A stretch of 53,154 nt of DNA from positions 1 through 53,154 of IMG/VR virus record IMGVR_UViG_3300011443_000017. One strand, written 5' to 3'. The DNA is from a virus. Its lineage: Duplodnaviria > Caudoviricetes. The notes beneath the pieces are model-generated. The model was not told the DNA's origin. It ran no database searches and saw only the letters and a program-made list of their open reading frames with translations. The translations under genes and the position numbers were made by a program. This document shows, one piece after another, positions 1 through 8,400 of this stretch (within the stretch, counting starts at the first letter, position 1; every line of letters begins with the position of its first letter).

Positions 1-337
1 ACCAACTGCAAACCCTGAACACGCGCTATAAGCATCTGATCGAGTTCGGGTCGCGTGGTACAACCGTCATTAGCGCAGGCGCGGCGGTGGTCTATACCGA
101 TAGTGACGGAGACGGCGTCATGGATACCGCAACCATTACCGTAGCAACCTCCGTCACCGACAGCGCCGAAGTGCAACTTTTCTTTCGCACGGCAGACGGC
201 GCACCCGCCGCCGCCGATGAATTGTGGGAAATTGAACCCACCGTCGTCAGCATATCGGGCGGCGTTGCCACCATTACGGCGCATCGTTCGCTATTCGTTC
301 GCCCGGATACGATATGGGCAGTGCCATACACCTATGA
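1..337. repeat. Terminal overlap with 52818-53154 (circular/permuted genome), imperfect
   Basis: Nt 1-88 are identical to 52818-52905. Over 89-337 I count 30 substitutions and no indels. Confidence 0.95.
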
Positions 338-896
338 CGCGGGCAATCTGGACACGCCGCATTATGCCGACATCGGCAACGCGGGCGACTTCGTAACCGC
401 TGTTGACGTGTACCGCGTGTATAATGACACGACCAACGCCGTCCAACTGGTGAGTGATGACTATATCGACAACTGCGATTGTACCGCCGTCACCAGTACG
501 AACTCCGCAGCGGGTGCGCGTATCACCAACAAACGTCTAGGCGTTTTTCAGGTGAGAGCGGCGTCCTGCGGTTGTAACCGCTCCTATGAAGCGGTGAAAA
601 TCAATTACCGGGCAGGGCTGGCACTCGTGCGCAACGCCATAGACCCGACACTAGCGGAGGCGATTATTCGCTACGCCAACACGCATTTTGGACAACCGCC
701 GTGCGCGCTGTATGAGCGCGTCAAGGAAAAATGGACGTATGACCGTGACCCTGAAGACCGTGAATTGTTGACGCCCGATGTCATTCATAACCCGTTCGGT
801 ATCCAGCGCGGCGCAATCTTCGCATGGCGCACGATCAATAACCCCCGCTATCGGATGGGCATGGGAGGCAAGCTAACCGCGAATGTCCGCATTTAA
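3..896 (+). CDS. Head-tail adaptor (SPP1 gp15/HK97 gp6-like), C-terminal part; N-terminus at 52556-53154 (about 385 aa joined)
   Basis: Frame is continuous across the overlap. C-terminal VKINYRAG...DPTLAEAII resembles the V-x-I-x-Y-x-AG...P-x-x-L-x-x-A motif of adaptors. Lies between the capsid and tail genes. Confidence 0.6.
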   Translation, partial: QLQTLNTRYKHLIEFGSRGTTVISAGAAVVYTDSDGDGVMDTATITVATSVTDSAEVQLFFRTADGAPAAADELWEIEPTVVSISGGVATITAHRSLFVRPDTIWAVPYTYDAGNLDTPHYADIGNAGDFVTAVDVYRVYNDTTNAVQLVSDDYIDNCDCTAVTSTNSAAGARITNKRLGVFQVRAASCGCNRSYEAVKINYRAGLALVRNAIDPTLAEAIIRYANTHFGQPPCALYERVKEKWTYDRDPEDRELLTPDVIHNPFGIQRGAIFAWRTINNPRYRMGMGGKLTANVRI

Positions 897-1581
897 TGTG
901 TCGGTAGTCATCCCTTCCTATCAGCACGGACACCTACTCGAACGCGCCGTCTACAGCGCCATACGCGCGGGCGCGGGGGAGGTCGTCATTGTGGACGATT
1001 GCAGTACCGACGCCACGGAGCGCATCGGGCGGGCGCTGGCGAAAGCGCCGGAAATTATGTACTTGCGCAACCCGTTCCACGCGGGGGTGATTTATTCAAG
1101 GAATCGCGCGGTATACGCAGCGACGTATGATCTGATCGTGCCGTTGGATGCGGACGACCAACTGATTATGTTAGCGCCGTTGGTAGATGAATGGCAGCCG
1201 GGGACGTGGGTGTATGGGGGTTGGAAAGAGTTGGTTGAAACCAAGCCATTCGGTAATCGCGGCGAAATTCGTAAATATGACGACTTCGAACCGCCGCCCG
1301 TCGGCATGTTGGCGCGTAAAGAACTCGGATGGGTAACGATGCTGTACCATCGCGACGACTTCAACCGAGTCGGCGGGTATGATCCGGTGTTCAGTATCGG
1401 GAATGAAATATGGGCGTTCCAAAGGGCGCTATACGCGGCGGGCGTGCTACCTGTGCGTGTGCCTGATGTCGTGTTCGAGCGCAACACGGATGCACCGCGA
1501 ACGGAACGCGCGCGGGCGTGGGCGCATGTGATTAAGCCGTTGATCGAGGATCTGTATCCTTATGCGGAGGGTGTGCGATAG
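883..1581 (+). CDS. Glycosyltransferase family 2 (GT-A)
   Basis: VSVVIPSY, VVIVDDCSTD, SRNRAV, LDADD (DxD) and VGGYD motifs. Confidence 0.9.
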   Translation: MSAFNVSVVIPSYQHGHLLERAVYSAIRAGAGEVVIVDDCSTDATERIGRALAKAPEIMYLRNPFHAGVIYSRNRAVYAATYDLIVPLDADDQLIMLAPLVDEWQPGTWVYGGWKELVETKPFGNRGEIRKYDDFEPPPVGMLARKELGWVTMLYHRDDFNRVGGYDPVFSIGNEIWAFQRALYAAGVLPVRVPDVVFERNTDAPRTERARAWAHVIKPLIEDLYPYAEGVR

Positions 1582-1582
1582 C

Positions 1583-2062
1583 ATGACAATTGTCGAAATC
1601 ACTATTGCAAATGATTACCGTAAAGCCATTGTCGATGAAGTAGATAAAGATTTTAGGTCTACCACATTGTACAGAGGGGGTAATCACGGCACATCGTTAT
1701 CCTACAGAGTAAATAGCAAAAACGTGAAATTATCCCGTACTATTCTTGAACGAAAGCTGAATCGAAAGCTGAATCCTAATGAATTCTGCGATTTTGTAAA
1801 TAAAAACTCATTTGATTGTAGGCGCGTCAATTTGCGCGTTGCATCCTTAACAGAACTCCGACGGCACACCAGGAAGACTATAACAAACTCAAGCGGCTAT
1901 AAAGGGGTTAGCCGAGATAAACGAAAGCAGCAATGGAGAGCCGATATATCAATTAATAATCGGGATGTATGGTTGGGCAATTACGATCACCCTGAACATG
2001 CTTACGCGGCTTATTGTCGCGCGGCAGAAAAGCATTATGGTGAGTTCGCCTGCTTAGAATAG
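1583..2062 (+). CDS. HNH-AP2 family protein with degenerate HNH site
   Basis: AP2 domain SSGYKGVS...WRADI...LGNY...AYAAYCRAAEKHYGEFA. HNH segment reads CDFVNKNSFDCRRVNLR. Confidence 0.8.
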   Translation: MTIVEITIANDYRKAIVDEVDKDFRSTTLYRGGNHGTSLSYRVNSKNVKLSRTILERKLNRKLNPNEFCDFVNKNSFDCRRVNLRVASLTELRRHTRKTITNSSGYKGVSRDKRKQQWRADISINNRDVWLGNYDHPEHAYAAYCRAAEKHYGEFACLE

Positions 2063-2066
2063 GTGT

Positions 2067-2570
2067 ATGATGCACAATTCTCTAACCATAGAATACTGTC
2101 ATCCTCAATCAAACAAATGGACGATTACTAAGTGTAAGTTTGTCCAGACGTGGCCTAAGCGCAGGGTTATTGAGAACGAACTCCCTAAGTCACTTGCGCT
2201 GGAACTGGCGACTAAGCTAGTCAGCATTGAGCAATTCAAGGTCACTATAGATAAGTGGCTTGATGACGGCAGACGGATCATTGTTCTATCCCAGGACAGA
2301 CAGGCTATAGTAGCCCGTAAGGAAGCGGAACTCAGAGAGCGCGAGAAGGCCGAACAAGAAGCCCTTCATAATGAACACCTGCGTAAGCTAGAATTGGCTC
2401 AGATGATGGGCTGCGCTTATTGCCACTACGATTCACTCCAGGTATTTACGCTGTACGGCAATTCAGAAGGGCTACTTAGGAAACGGCGCTATGAATTGTA
2501 TCTTGAGGATAAATTGAATACCGCAAAAGACGAGCAATGGGTTAAGCAGATGTACCGCAATGCTGCATAA
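2067..2570 (+). CDS. Hypothetical protein
   Basis: 167-aa ORF closely packed with neighbours; AGGTG upstream. Confidence 0.6.
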   Translation: MMHNSLTIEYCHPQSNKWTITKCKFVQTWPKRRVIENELPKSLALELATKLVSIEQFKVTIDKWLDDGRRIIVLSQDRQAIVARKEAELREREKAEQEALHNEHLRKLELAQMMGCAYCHYDSLQVFTLYGNSEGLLRKRRYELYLEDKLNTAKDEQWVKQMYRNAA

Positions 2571-2585
2571 GGAGGTTGATAACAG

Positions 2586-2774
2586 ATGAAACACCAGAAA
2601 CTATCCGAAATCGATCAACAGAACAGAGAAAATATCGTTTCAACGTTTGCCGCTAGTGTATGGATGCACTGGCGAAGCAGCTTAACGCTACTTGACGATG
2701 CAGATGTATGGCGCATAAATGACCGATTGCTATCAGTATTGGGGAATCGTGCGAAAAAGCGACATAATAGCTAA
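2586..2774 (+). CDS. Hypothetical protein
   Basis: Strong SD TAAGGAGG upstream. Confidence 0.6.
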   Translation: MKHQKLSEIDQQNRENIVSTFAASVWMHWRSSLTLLDDADVWRINDRLLSVLGNRAKKRHNS

Positions 2775-2818
2775 TCTGTGCAAATCATCATTTGCATAGG
2801 TAATAATTAGGGGAAAAC

Positions 2819-2995
2819 ATGGGCGATAAACGTGACTTCGTAATACGAATAGGGGAATATAAAATCCCGGTTTTGATTGACGATAAGTTAAAGAATGGCG
2901 AAATTAAGTTCGTTCAGCCACAGGAGTTGAGCGACGAACAACGCAGGCGTATTTGTGTGGCGTTTGGTGTTCCGGCGTATCTACTTAAACGATAA
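2819..2995 (+). CDS. Hypothetical 58-aa protein (not in ORF track)
   Basis: Hand-translated MGDKRDFVIRIGEYKIPV...AFGVPAYLLKR; AGGGG upstream. Confidence 0.5.
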   Translation: MGDKRDFVIRIGEYKIPVLIDDKLKNGEIKFVQPQELSDEQRRRICVAFGVPAYLLKR

Positions 2996-3066
2996 TGGCG
3001 ACATCGCCGTGACACAAAAAGTGTGTAGTAAATTTCCGATTATTCTTCTCGCTTTTTTGTTCTGTG

Positions 3067-3160
3067 TGGTATAATAAGGGGAAGAAAAGCGCCCTCCGCG
3101 ATGTTGGCACATCCGAGGGCAGTACGCCTTATAGGAGGCACACCATGATAGATTCTACCA
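3067..3160. promoter_or_regulatory. Sense promoter, two hairpins and in-gene antisense promoter (leader)
   Basis: TGgTATAAT 3067-3075; hairpin GCCCTC...GAGGGC; GCCT-tatagg-AGGC over the SD; minus-strand TGgTAGAAT at 3152-3160. Confidence 0.6.
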
Positions 3161-3768
3161 CGAAACAATGTAGTAAATGCGGCGAAGTTAAGCCGCTGTC
3201 CGAGTTCTATACGAGAAAGCGCAAAGGCGAACCGACGCCATATCCATCGTGTAAAGCCTGTAAACATTTAATGACTCAGAAATATCAATCCGCGTTAGTA
3301 GGCACGAATGACAGGATCACTACTACAAAGAGTGAAATTCGTGTAATAAACCGATTAAAACAATTCGGTATTTTCGCAGCAAGTGGTAAGGCATCAGAGT
3401 ATAAATGGACTGATGTAGTCGCGTGGGGCTGTATACCTATAGAGGTTAAGACGGCGACGTTAGACAAGGATGGGCATTACACCTTCTCATTTACCCATAA
3501 GCAAATCGAGCAGGGTACTCAGTCGCTTTTTATAGTGTTGGTTATGTTGCCAGCCGATACACCACCTAGCTTCCATGTGTTTCCATCAGATCATCCGGTA
3601 TTTTATGTCAACGGAAAACTTAAATGGCGACTTCCGTACACGCCGGGGCCTAAAAGCAGATCGCACTTATCGGATATGATGATGGGCTTCTATAAAGACG
3701 CATGGGGACAGATTGAAAGTAAGCGTTTAGAACTATCGGCTCAGTTCCGATTATCCGACACACTCTGA
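3145..3768 (+). CDS. Zn-finger plus PD-(D/E)xK endonuclease (homing-endonuclease-like)
   Basis: KQCSKCGEVKPLSEFY...SCKAC zinc finger; D...IEVKT catalytic motif; start chosen from the AGGAGG SD. Confidence 0.7.
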   Translation: MIDSTTKQCSKCGEVKPLSEFYTRKRKGEPTPYPSCKACKHLMTQKYQSALVGTNDRITTTKSEIRVINRLKQFGIFAASGKASEYKWTDVVAWGCIPIEVKTATLDKDGHYTFSFTHKQIEQGTQSLFIVLVMLPADTPPSFHVFPSDHPVFYVNGKLKWRLPYTPGPKSRSHLSDMMMGFYKDAWGQIESKRLELSAQFRLSDTL

Positions 3769-3785
3769 GGGAGAAGGGCAGTAAA

Positions 3786-4058
3786 ATGGGTTTCAAAATC
3801 CGGCATTGGACATGGTATGTCTATGAAGCTGATAAACCTATAGCTCACTCTGAAGATGATTTGATGTGGAGTGCTGCGCCTAAATGTCCTAAGTGCGGTG
3901 CTAAAACGGAATGGGAAGTATTCCAGACCGGACAAGACCCCGTAGGGAATGATGAATACGGCGGGTATTTTTCTTGTCATCCCTGTGCGCTTCACACAAG
4001 AATCGTTGAAGTGGATATGCGAGACTACATTCAAGACGAATTAGGGTTTACCGAGTGA
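3786..4058 (+). CDS. Zn-ribbon hypothetical protein
   Basis: CPKC...CHPC; SD upstream. Confidence 0.6.
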   Translation: MGFKIRHWTWYVYEADKPIAHSEDDLMWSAAPKCPKCGAKTEWEVFQTGQDPVGNDEYGGYFSCHPCALHTRIVEVDMRDYIQDELGFTE

Positions 4059-4381
4059 TAAGTACCATTATCAAGAGTAATAATTAGGGGTTAGTAGGGG
4101 TATTAAATGAAGGATTGGCCGGGGCAAGGAAAGAACCAATGGATATGGCGCTGGCGTAGTCGATACCTTGCCAGTACGCGGTATTGGTTCTGGCACGATC
4201 AATCAATAGGCGGGCAAGGTGGCAATAGACCGCCGAGACGGAAGACCCCCCTACCCTATTGCACTTCCCGCCGTTCTCGATTACGATAATCCTGTCAGCC
4301 GCTAACATGCCTCCTGTTATATGATGTGACGTTATCTGACTTGAGACTAGGCGGCTGGCAACTGTTCACAAAGGGGTACAC

Positions 4382-4543
4382 ATGAAACGCAAACTCTTGA
4401 CCCTGGCAACGTTCGTACTCATCGGTTTAGGCCGCTGCGATCAACCGTGTTTTGACCTGCGCCCGGACTACTGCGGGATCGACGGCAAGAGCGGCACGGT
4501 GGTCTATGTGAACAATCGCCCGCGCTGGATCGCATTAAAATAA
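4382..4543 (+). CDS. 53-aa secreted or lipoprotein-like peptide (not in ORF track)
   Basis: MKRKLLTLATFVLIGLGRC signal-like N-terminus, three Cys, AAGGGG SD. Confidence 0.55.
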   Translation: MKRKLLTLATFVLIGLGRCDQPCFDLRPDYCGIDGKSGTVVYVNNRPRWIALK

Positions 4544-4631
4544 CCTTTATTACTTAGGGCGCTTTTGCCCTCCTCTCTAACTGGACACGACTAGTCCCCC
4601 GTCCGACCTAGCCGTGTCCTTAACAATTCCG

Positions 4632-4655
4632 ACCCTCGCTTATGCGGGGGTTTTT
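4632..4655 (+). terminator. Intrinsic terminator
   Basis: ACCCTCGC-ttat-GCGGGGGT followed by a T run. Confidence 0.7.
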
Positions 4656-4668
4656 ATTTGAGGTAACT

Positions 4669-5172
4669 ATGCCAAGTAAGCGCAGCATGTCCGACCTACT
4701 CGCCCGCCAACGCAAATTCGCCACTGAGGAAGCCATTGAGGAAGTCGAAGAACTCGCGGACGCTGCGCTCACGTATCACCGTAAAGTGGTGCGCGAATGG
4801 GCGCATAAGCCGGGATTTCGCCAGCAAAAGTATCGTAACCCGAACGTATACACCATCAAGATTGTACCGACGGGGCGCTATGCGACCATCTGGTACTACG
4901 TAGACAGAGGGACAAAGCCGCATGAAATCGCGGCGAAAAATGTACCGATGCTCAAATTTCAAACCGGCTACAACGCGCGTACCGCGCCAAAAGCACAATT
5001 CGCACAGGGGACAGGTACAGCATCGGGCGCATGGGTTACGAAAGCTGTGGTACAGCACCCCGGTACAGAAGCCCGCAACTTTACTCAAACCTGGATAGAT
5101 GAGTTAGAACCGCCGTTCCCGGATCGGATACAAGCGGCGATAAAACGTGGATTAAATAAAGCAAATCGCTAG
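4669..5172 (+). CDS. Tail-completion/neck protein (HK97 gp10-like)
   Basis: YVDRGTKPHEI...VQHPGTEARNF motif; GAGG SD; precedes the tail tube gene. Confidence 0.75.
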   Translation: MPSKRSMSDLLARQRKFATEEAIEEVEELADAALTYHRKVVREWAHKPGFRQQKYRNPNVYTIKIVPTGRYATIWYYVDRGTKPHEIAAKNVPMLKFQTGYNARTAPKAQFAQGTGTASGAWVTKAVVQHPGTEARNFTQTWIDELEPPFPDRIQAAIKRGLNKANR

Positions 5173-5181
5173 GAGAAAATC

Positions 5182-6717
5182 ATGGGTTTATGGTCAAATC
5201 TTTCAGAACGCACCGCTACCTATATCCGGGCAGGCGGCGCGGGCAATCGGTGGACGCTGTTTGATGAGAACGGCGCTATGGTCGACGGGCCAACCGGCGG
5301 CGCAGCAGATGTTGAAAGCCGCTTTGGGTTGGACAGTAGAGGGCGTCGGACGTATCTCGGCGCGATTAAACAGGGCGATAATGCCCGCTTCACGACCACG
5401 ATTTCAGCGCGCATCGAACTCGCGCGCCTCGTGAGCCAGCTACGTAAAGGCGACTGCCCCTTTGACCTGATGGAAATTCAGCGCTGCGGCGATTTGGCCG
5501 TGCTGAATTACAACGGCGGGCTGTTGTTCTATGACGGCTACACGACCAACAAATCCTACAGCGATCCGTTGGCGCAGCTAGCCGACAACACCGAGGCCGA
5601 CATTATGCGCGCCCTGGATTTGTCCTTTGCGCCCATCGAAGATGTCGCGATTAAGTTGGTGCATAAGGACATCACGGGAACAGTGAGCGACTTTGATTTT
5701 AACAAAGTCATCAGCGTGGGTGTGCCACGCTGTAGCGGTGACTGCGGTGTGATCGGTAGCAACGACGGTGAGCAAGACTTCTGGGCGGTGACTGACGCCG
5801 ACACCACGCCCGGTCATGGTGGTTTCGCCGCGCCGCGCTTCCTGTACACCGAAGACGGCGGCAACACCTGGAACGGTTCAAGCGTGACCGCCCTGCTCGG
5901 TGGCAACCTGTTCGGGGTGGCAAAAGCGGGTGATTATGCCATTGTCGCGGGTAGCACCGGCATTGCTTACGCCAAGTTCCAGGACATCAAGGACGGCGTA
6001 TCGCTGCCCTGGACACTGGCGCTGTCAGCTAGCAACATTAACGATGTGGTATTCGTGTCCAGCGATACCGGCTACGCCTGCGCTAACAGTGGCATCATCT
6101 ACAAATCGACAGACGGCGGTTTTACGTGGTCAGTCCTGTCGAACGGCGCACAGACGGCGCAGAACCTCAACAGCATTTCGTTTTACGACAGCACTACCGG
6201 ATATTTCGCAGGTGCAAGCGGCGCACTCGTGCAGTATTTCAATGGTACGCTGACCCTGATGACGGTGCGCACGTCCGTCGGCGGCGCTGCGATTACCGCG
6301 AATTTCAACGTAGTAGCCGCCCCTCCCGGCCCAACGCGCGGCAATGAAATCTATATTGGCACAAGCACGGGCTTAATGTACCGCTGCACCAATGCGACGG
6401 GCAGCTACCCACTATTTGCCGCCATGAGCGGCTTGGATCAACTCGGCAGTGGCTCGATTGACGACATTCAATTCGGCGGTTTCCGAGGCAGCGTCATGTT
6501 CGTAATCCAGACCAACGCCGCCAACACCAGCCGCGTCCATCGTGACATCAGCGGCGGCGCTACCCAGATGCAGTGTGAGATTATCGGCGGGTATACCAAC
6601 CCCTCGAATTTCGGCATTAACAGCATTGCGGCTGCATCGATCACCCGCGCGATTACGGTGGGACAAATCCATGAGACCTACGGGTTTATCGGCTCGATCT
6701 TGCCAGCCGCAGCATAA
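5182..6717 (+). CDS. Major tail protein with C-terminal BNR/Asp-box beta-propeller
   Basis: Position directly before the chaperone and tape measure genes; Asp-boxes YTEDGGNTW and YKSTDGGFTW; YCF48-like blades. Confidence 0.65.
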   Translation: MGLWSNLSERTATYIRAGGAGNRWTLFDENGAMVDGPTGGAADVESRFGLDSRGRRTYLGAIKQGDNARFTTTISARIELARLVSQLRKGDCPFDLMEIQRCGDLAVLNYNGGLLFYDGYTTNKSYSDPLAQLADNTEADIMRALDLSFAPIEDVAIKLVHKDITGTVSDFDFNKVISVGVPRCSGDCGVIGSNDGEQDFWAVTDADTTPGHGGFAAPRFLYTEDGGNTWNGSSVTALLGGNLFGVAKAGDYAIVAGSTGIAYAKFQDIKDGVSLPWTLALSASNINDVVFVSSDTGYACANSGIIYKSTDGGFTWSVLSNGAQTAQNLNSISFYDSTTGYFAGASGALVQYFNGTLTLMTVRTSVGGAAITANFNVVAAPPGPTRGNEIYIGTSTGLMYRCTNATGSYPLFAAMSGLDQLGSGSIDDIQFGGFRGSVMFVIQTNAANTSRVHRDISGGATQMQCEIIGGYTNPSNFGINSIAAASITRAITVGQIHETYGFIGSILPAAA

Positions 6718-6726
6718 CGAGGTTCT

Positions 6727-7362
6727 ATGACCACGATTGATAACGGGGTGCGCGAAAGCGCACTCCCTTCCGTTACCGAACTGGAAATGTCGTCCGGCGT
6801 CATCGTGTGGATTCGCCCGATGACATTGAATGACCAGCGTTTGATTAACGAGAAAATGAAAAAAGAATACCCCCTACCCCGCGAGGCCGATTACAAAATC
6901 CCTGTGCCAGCGGAGGACGCCTCCGTTCCTGGTCAGACCATGACGGACGTGGAAGCCTACAAAGAAGCGATGGGGATTGCCGGGTTGCAACAGCGGGCGT
7001 ACTGGTTGCGCGCGCACATGCTCACCTGTGTCGATTTCCCAGAAGGCACAGAGACGATTATTGCGCGCTACCTGCCGGAAGTGGAGCGCAAGCGTAAGTT
7101 TCTCGACTTGCCTGAAGACGACCTTGAGGCGGTGATTTTCCATTCGGTTATTCAGACGCCCGCCGATGAAAAACTGATTAGTGCTGCCATTACGCAAACC
7201 CTGCCAGTGGAAATGTCCGAGGTCATTTCCCAACTGCGTATCTTTCGACCCACAAGTGAACGGGGAGTCGATCATTCCGTATCTCAGCGGCGAAAGAACC
7301 CACGCGGCGCAAGTGTGGATCAAGGGGAAAACGGCGTCGTTCACAGTGAGTCTACTGTATAA
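6727..7362 (+). CDS. Tail assembly chaperone (gpG-like)
   Basis: Between tail tube and tape measure genes; VWIRPMT motif; overlapping downstream ORF. Confidence 0.7.
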   Translation: MTTIDNGVRESALPSVTELEMSSGVIVWIRPMTLNDQRLINEKMKKEYPLPREADYKIPVPAEDASVPGQTMTDVEAYKEAMGIAGLQQRAYWLRAHMLTCVDFPEGTETIIARYLPEVERKRKFLDLPEDDLEAVIFHSVIQTPADEKLISAAITQTLPVEMSEVISQLRIFRPTSERGVDHSVSQRRKNPRGASVDQGENGVVHSESTV

Positions 7363-7513
7363 CGAATATCAGGCGATGGAGCGGTTTGGGCTATCCGAAC
7401 TGGATTACTACCAGCTACCGCGCGACATCCGCGCGCGCAAGGTGGCGTATGTGATGATTGACGGGTTTATGAACCTGCATCGCGCGTATGAAGGGCGTCC
7501 CAAAGGGAAATAG
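7243..7513 (+). CDS. gpT-like frameshift extension of the tail assembly chaperone
   Basis: +1 frame ORF (FGLSELDYYQLPRDIRARKVAY) lacking a convincing start; TTT-CGA at 7243-7248. Confidence 0.6.
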
Positions 7514-7515
7514 TG

Positions 7516-7615
7516 TGATATAATAGAGTATCAAAAGTTTGCCCCTACGCTACACCAATAGCTAGGGGCATGAGACACAGTGGAGAATTCACCATGTCTG
7601 CATCCGATTGTACCA
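7516..7615. promoter_or_regulatory. Sense promoter, two hairpins and in-gene antisense promoter (leader)
   Basis: TGaTATAAT 7516-7524; hairpin GCCCCTA...TAGGGGC; AGACA...GGAG...ATGTCT stem over SD and start; minus-strand TGgTACAAT 7607-7615. Confidence 0.6.
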
Positions 7616-8340
7616 CGTATTCTATCTATCGGATTGTCAATTTCCGCAACGGCAAAATATACGTTGGTTTAACATCTAGCATTAGAGCTAGAAAGTCCAT
7701 GCATTTTAGCAGTCTCCGTTCTGGAAAGCATGAGAATATTCACCTACAAAACGCATGGAATAAATACGGAGAAGACGCATTTTTCTTTGAAGTCTTAGAG
7801 AGAAACCTATCCCCTATTGGTGTTAACGAGCGTGAACGATACTGGATAGCGCATTTTGACAGCTTTGTTAACGGCTATAATCGAACAGTCGGTGGCGAAC
7901 TCGGCGGCTATGGGCGTGTCTGTGTTTGGAATGGAATAGAATACAAATCCATAAGTGAAGCCGCTGAACAAAATAATGTCACCATCACTACTATGTGGGA
8001 ACGACTACAACGAGGATACGCATCCGACAAGGATTTAAATGCACCTCGCGCATTACCCTTTATTTGGAACGGTATTACCTATCCATCTGTTTATATTGCT
8101 GCTAAAGAGACCAATGTATCTGTGTCAGCCTTACGCAACCGCGCGTACAGAGGTCAACAATCAGATGCAGATATGCCAGGATGGAAAGGCGCAAAAGGTA
8201 CAGTATGTTATTGGAACGGTATTCAATATCCATCCATCCAGCAATGCGCTACCGCTATTGGGATTTGTATGCGTACCATGCTTTACCGTTTTAGGCAGGG
8301 TTACACCTGCGATGCTGATATGAAGTATAAGCATAAATAG
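7594..8340 (+). CDS. GIY-YIG homing endonuclease with three NUMOD1-like repeats
   Basis: SIYRIVN..NGKIYVG, R...H, HLQNAWNKYGEDAF, ERE..WI, NGYN; three WNGI.Y.S repeats. Confidence 0.9.
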   Translation: MSASDCTTYSIYRIVNFRNGKIYVGLTSSIRARKSMHFSSLRSGKHENIHLQNAWNKYGEDAFFFEVLERNLSPIGVNERERYWIAHFDSFVNGYNRTVGGELGGYGRVCVWNGIEYKSISEAAEQNNVTITTMWERLQRGYASDKDLNAPRALPFIWNGITYPSVYIAAKETNVSVSALRNRAYRGQQSDADMPGWKGAKGTVCYWNGIQYPSIQQCATAIGICMRTMLYRFRQGYTCDADMKYKHK

Positions 8341-8359
8341 CCACCAATCGACTAAACCG

Positions 8360-8384
8360 AAACCTCGCAAACGCGGGGTTTTTT
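8360..8384 (+). terminator. Intrinsic terminator
   Basis: AAACCTCGC-aaac-GCGGGGTTT followed by TTT. Confidence 0.7.
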
Positions 8385-8400
8385 GTTGCAAGGAATTCTG

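Noticed and set aside
89-337. Diverged repeat pair as a DGR template/variable region
   Set aside because: Differences are not adenine-specific, are mostly synonymous, and no reverse transcriptase is present.
4107-4289. 60-aa Trp/Arg-rich ORF as a functional gene
   Set aside because: Composition is atypical and support is limited to a possible SD; left unannotated.
7570-8340. Group I intron around the GIY-YIG gene
   Set aside because: Flanking genes are intact; the gene is free-standing with its own promoter and terminator; no intron core recognised.
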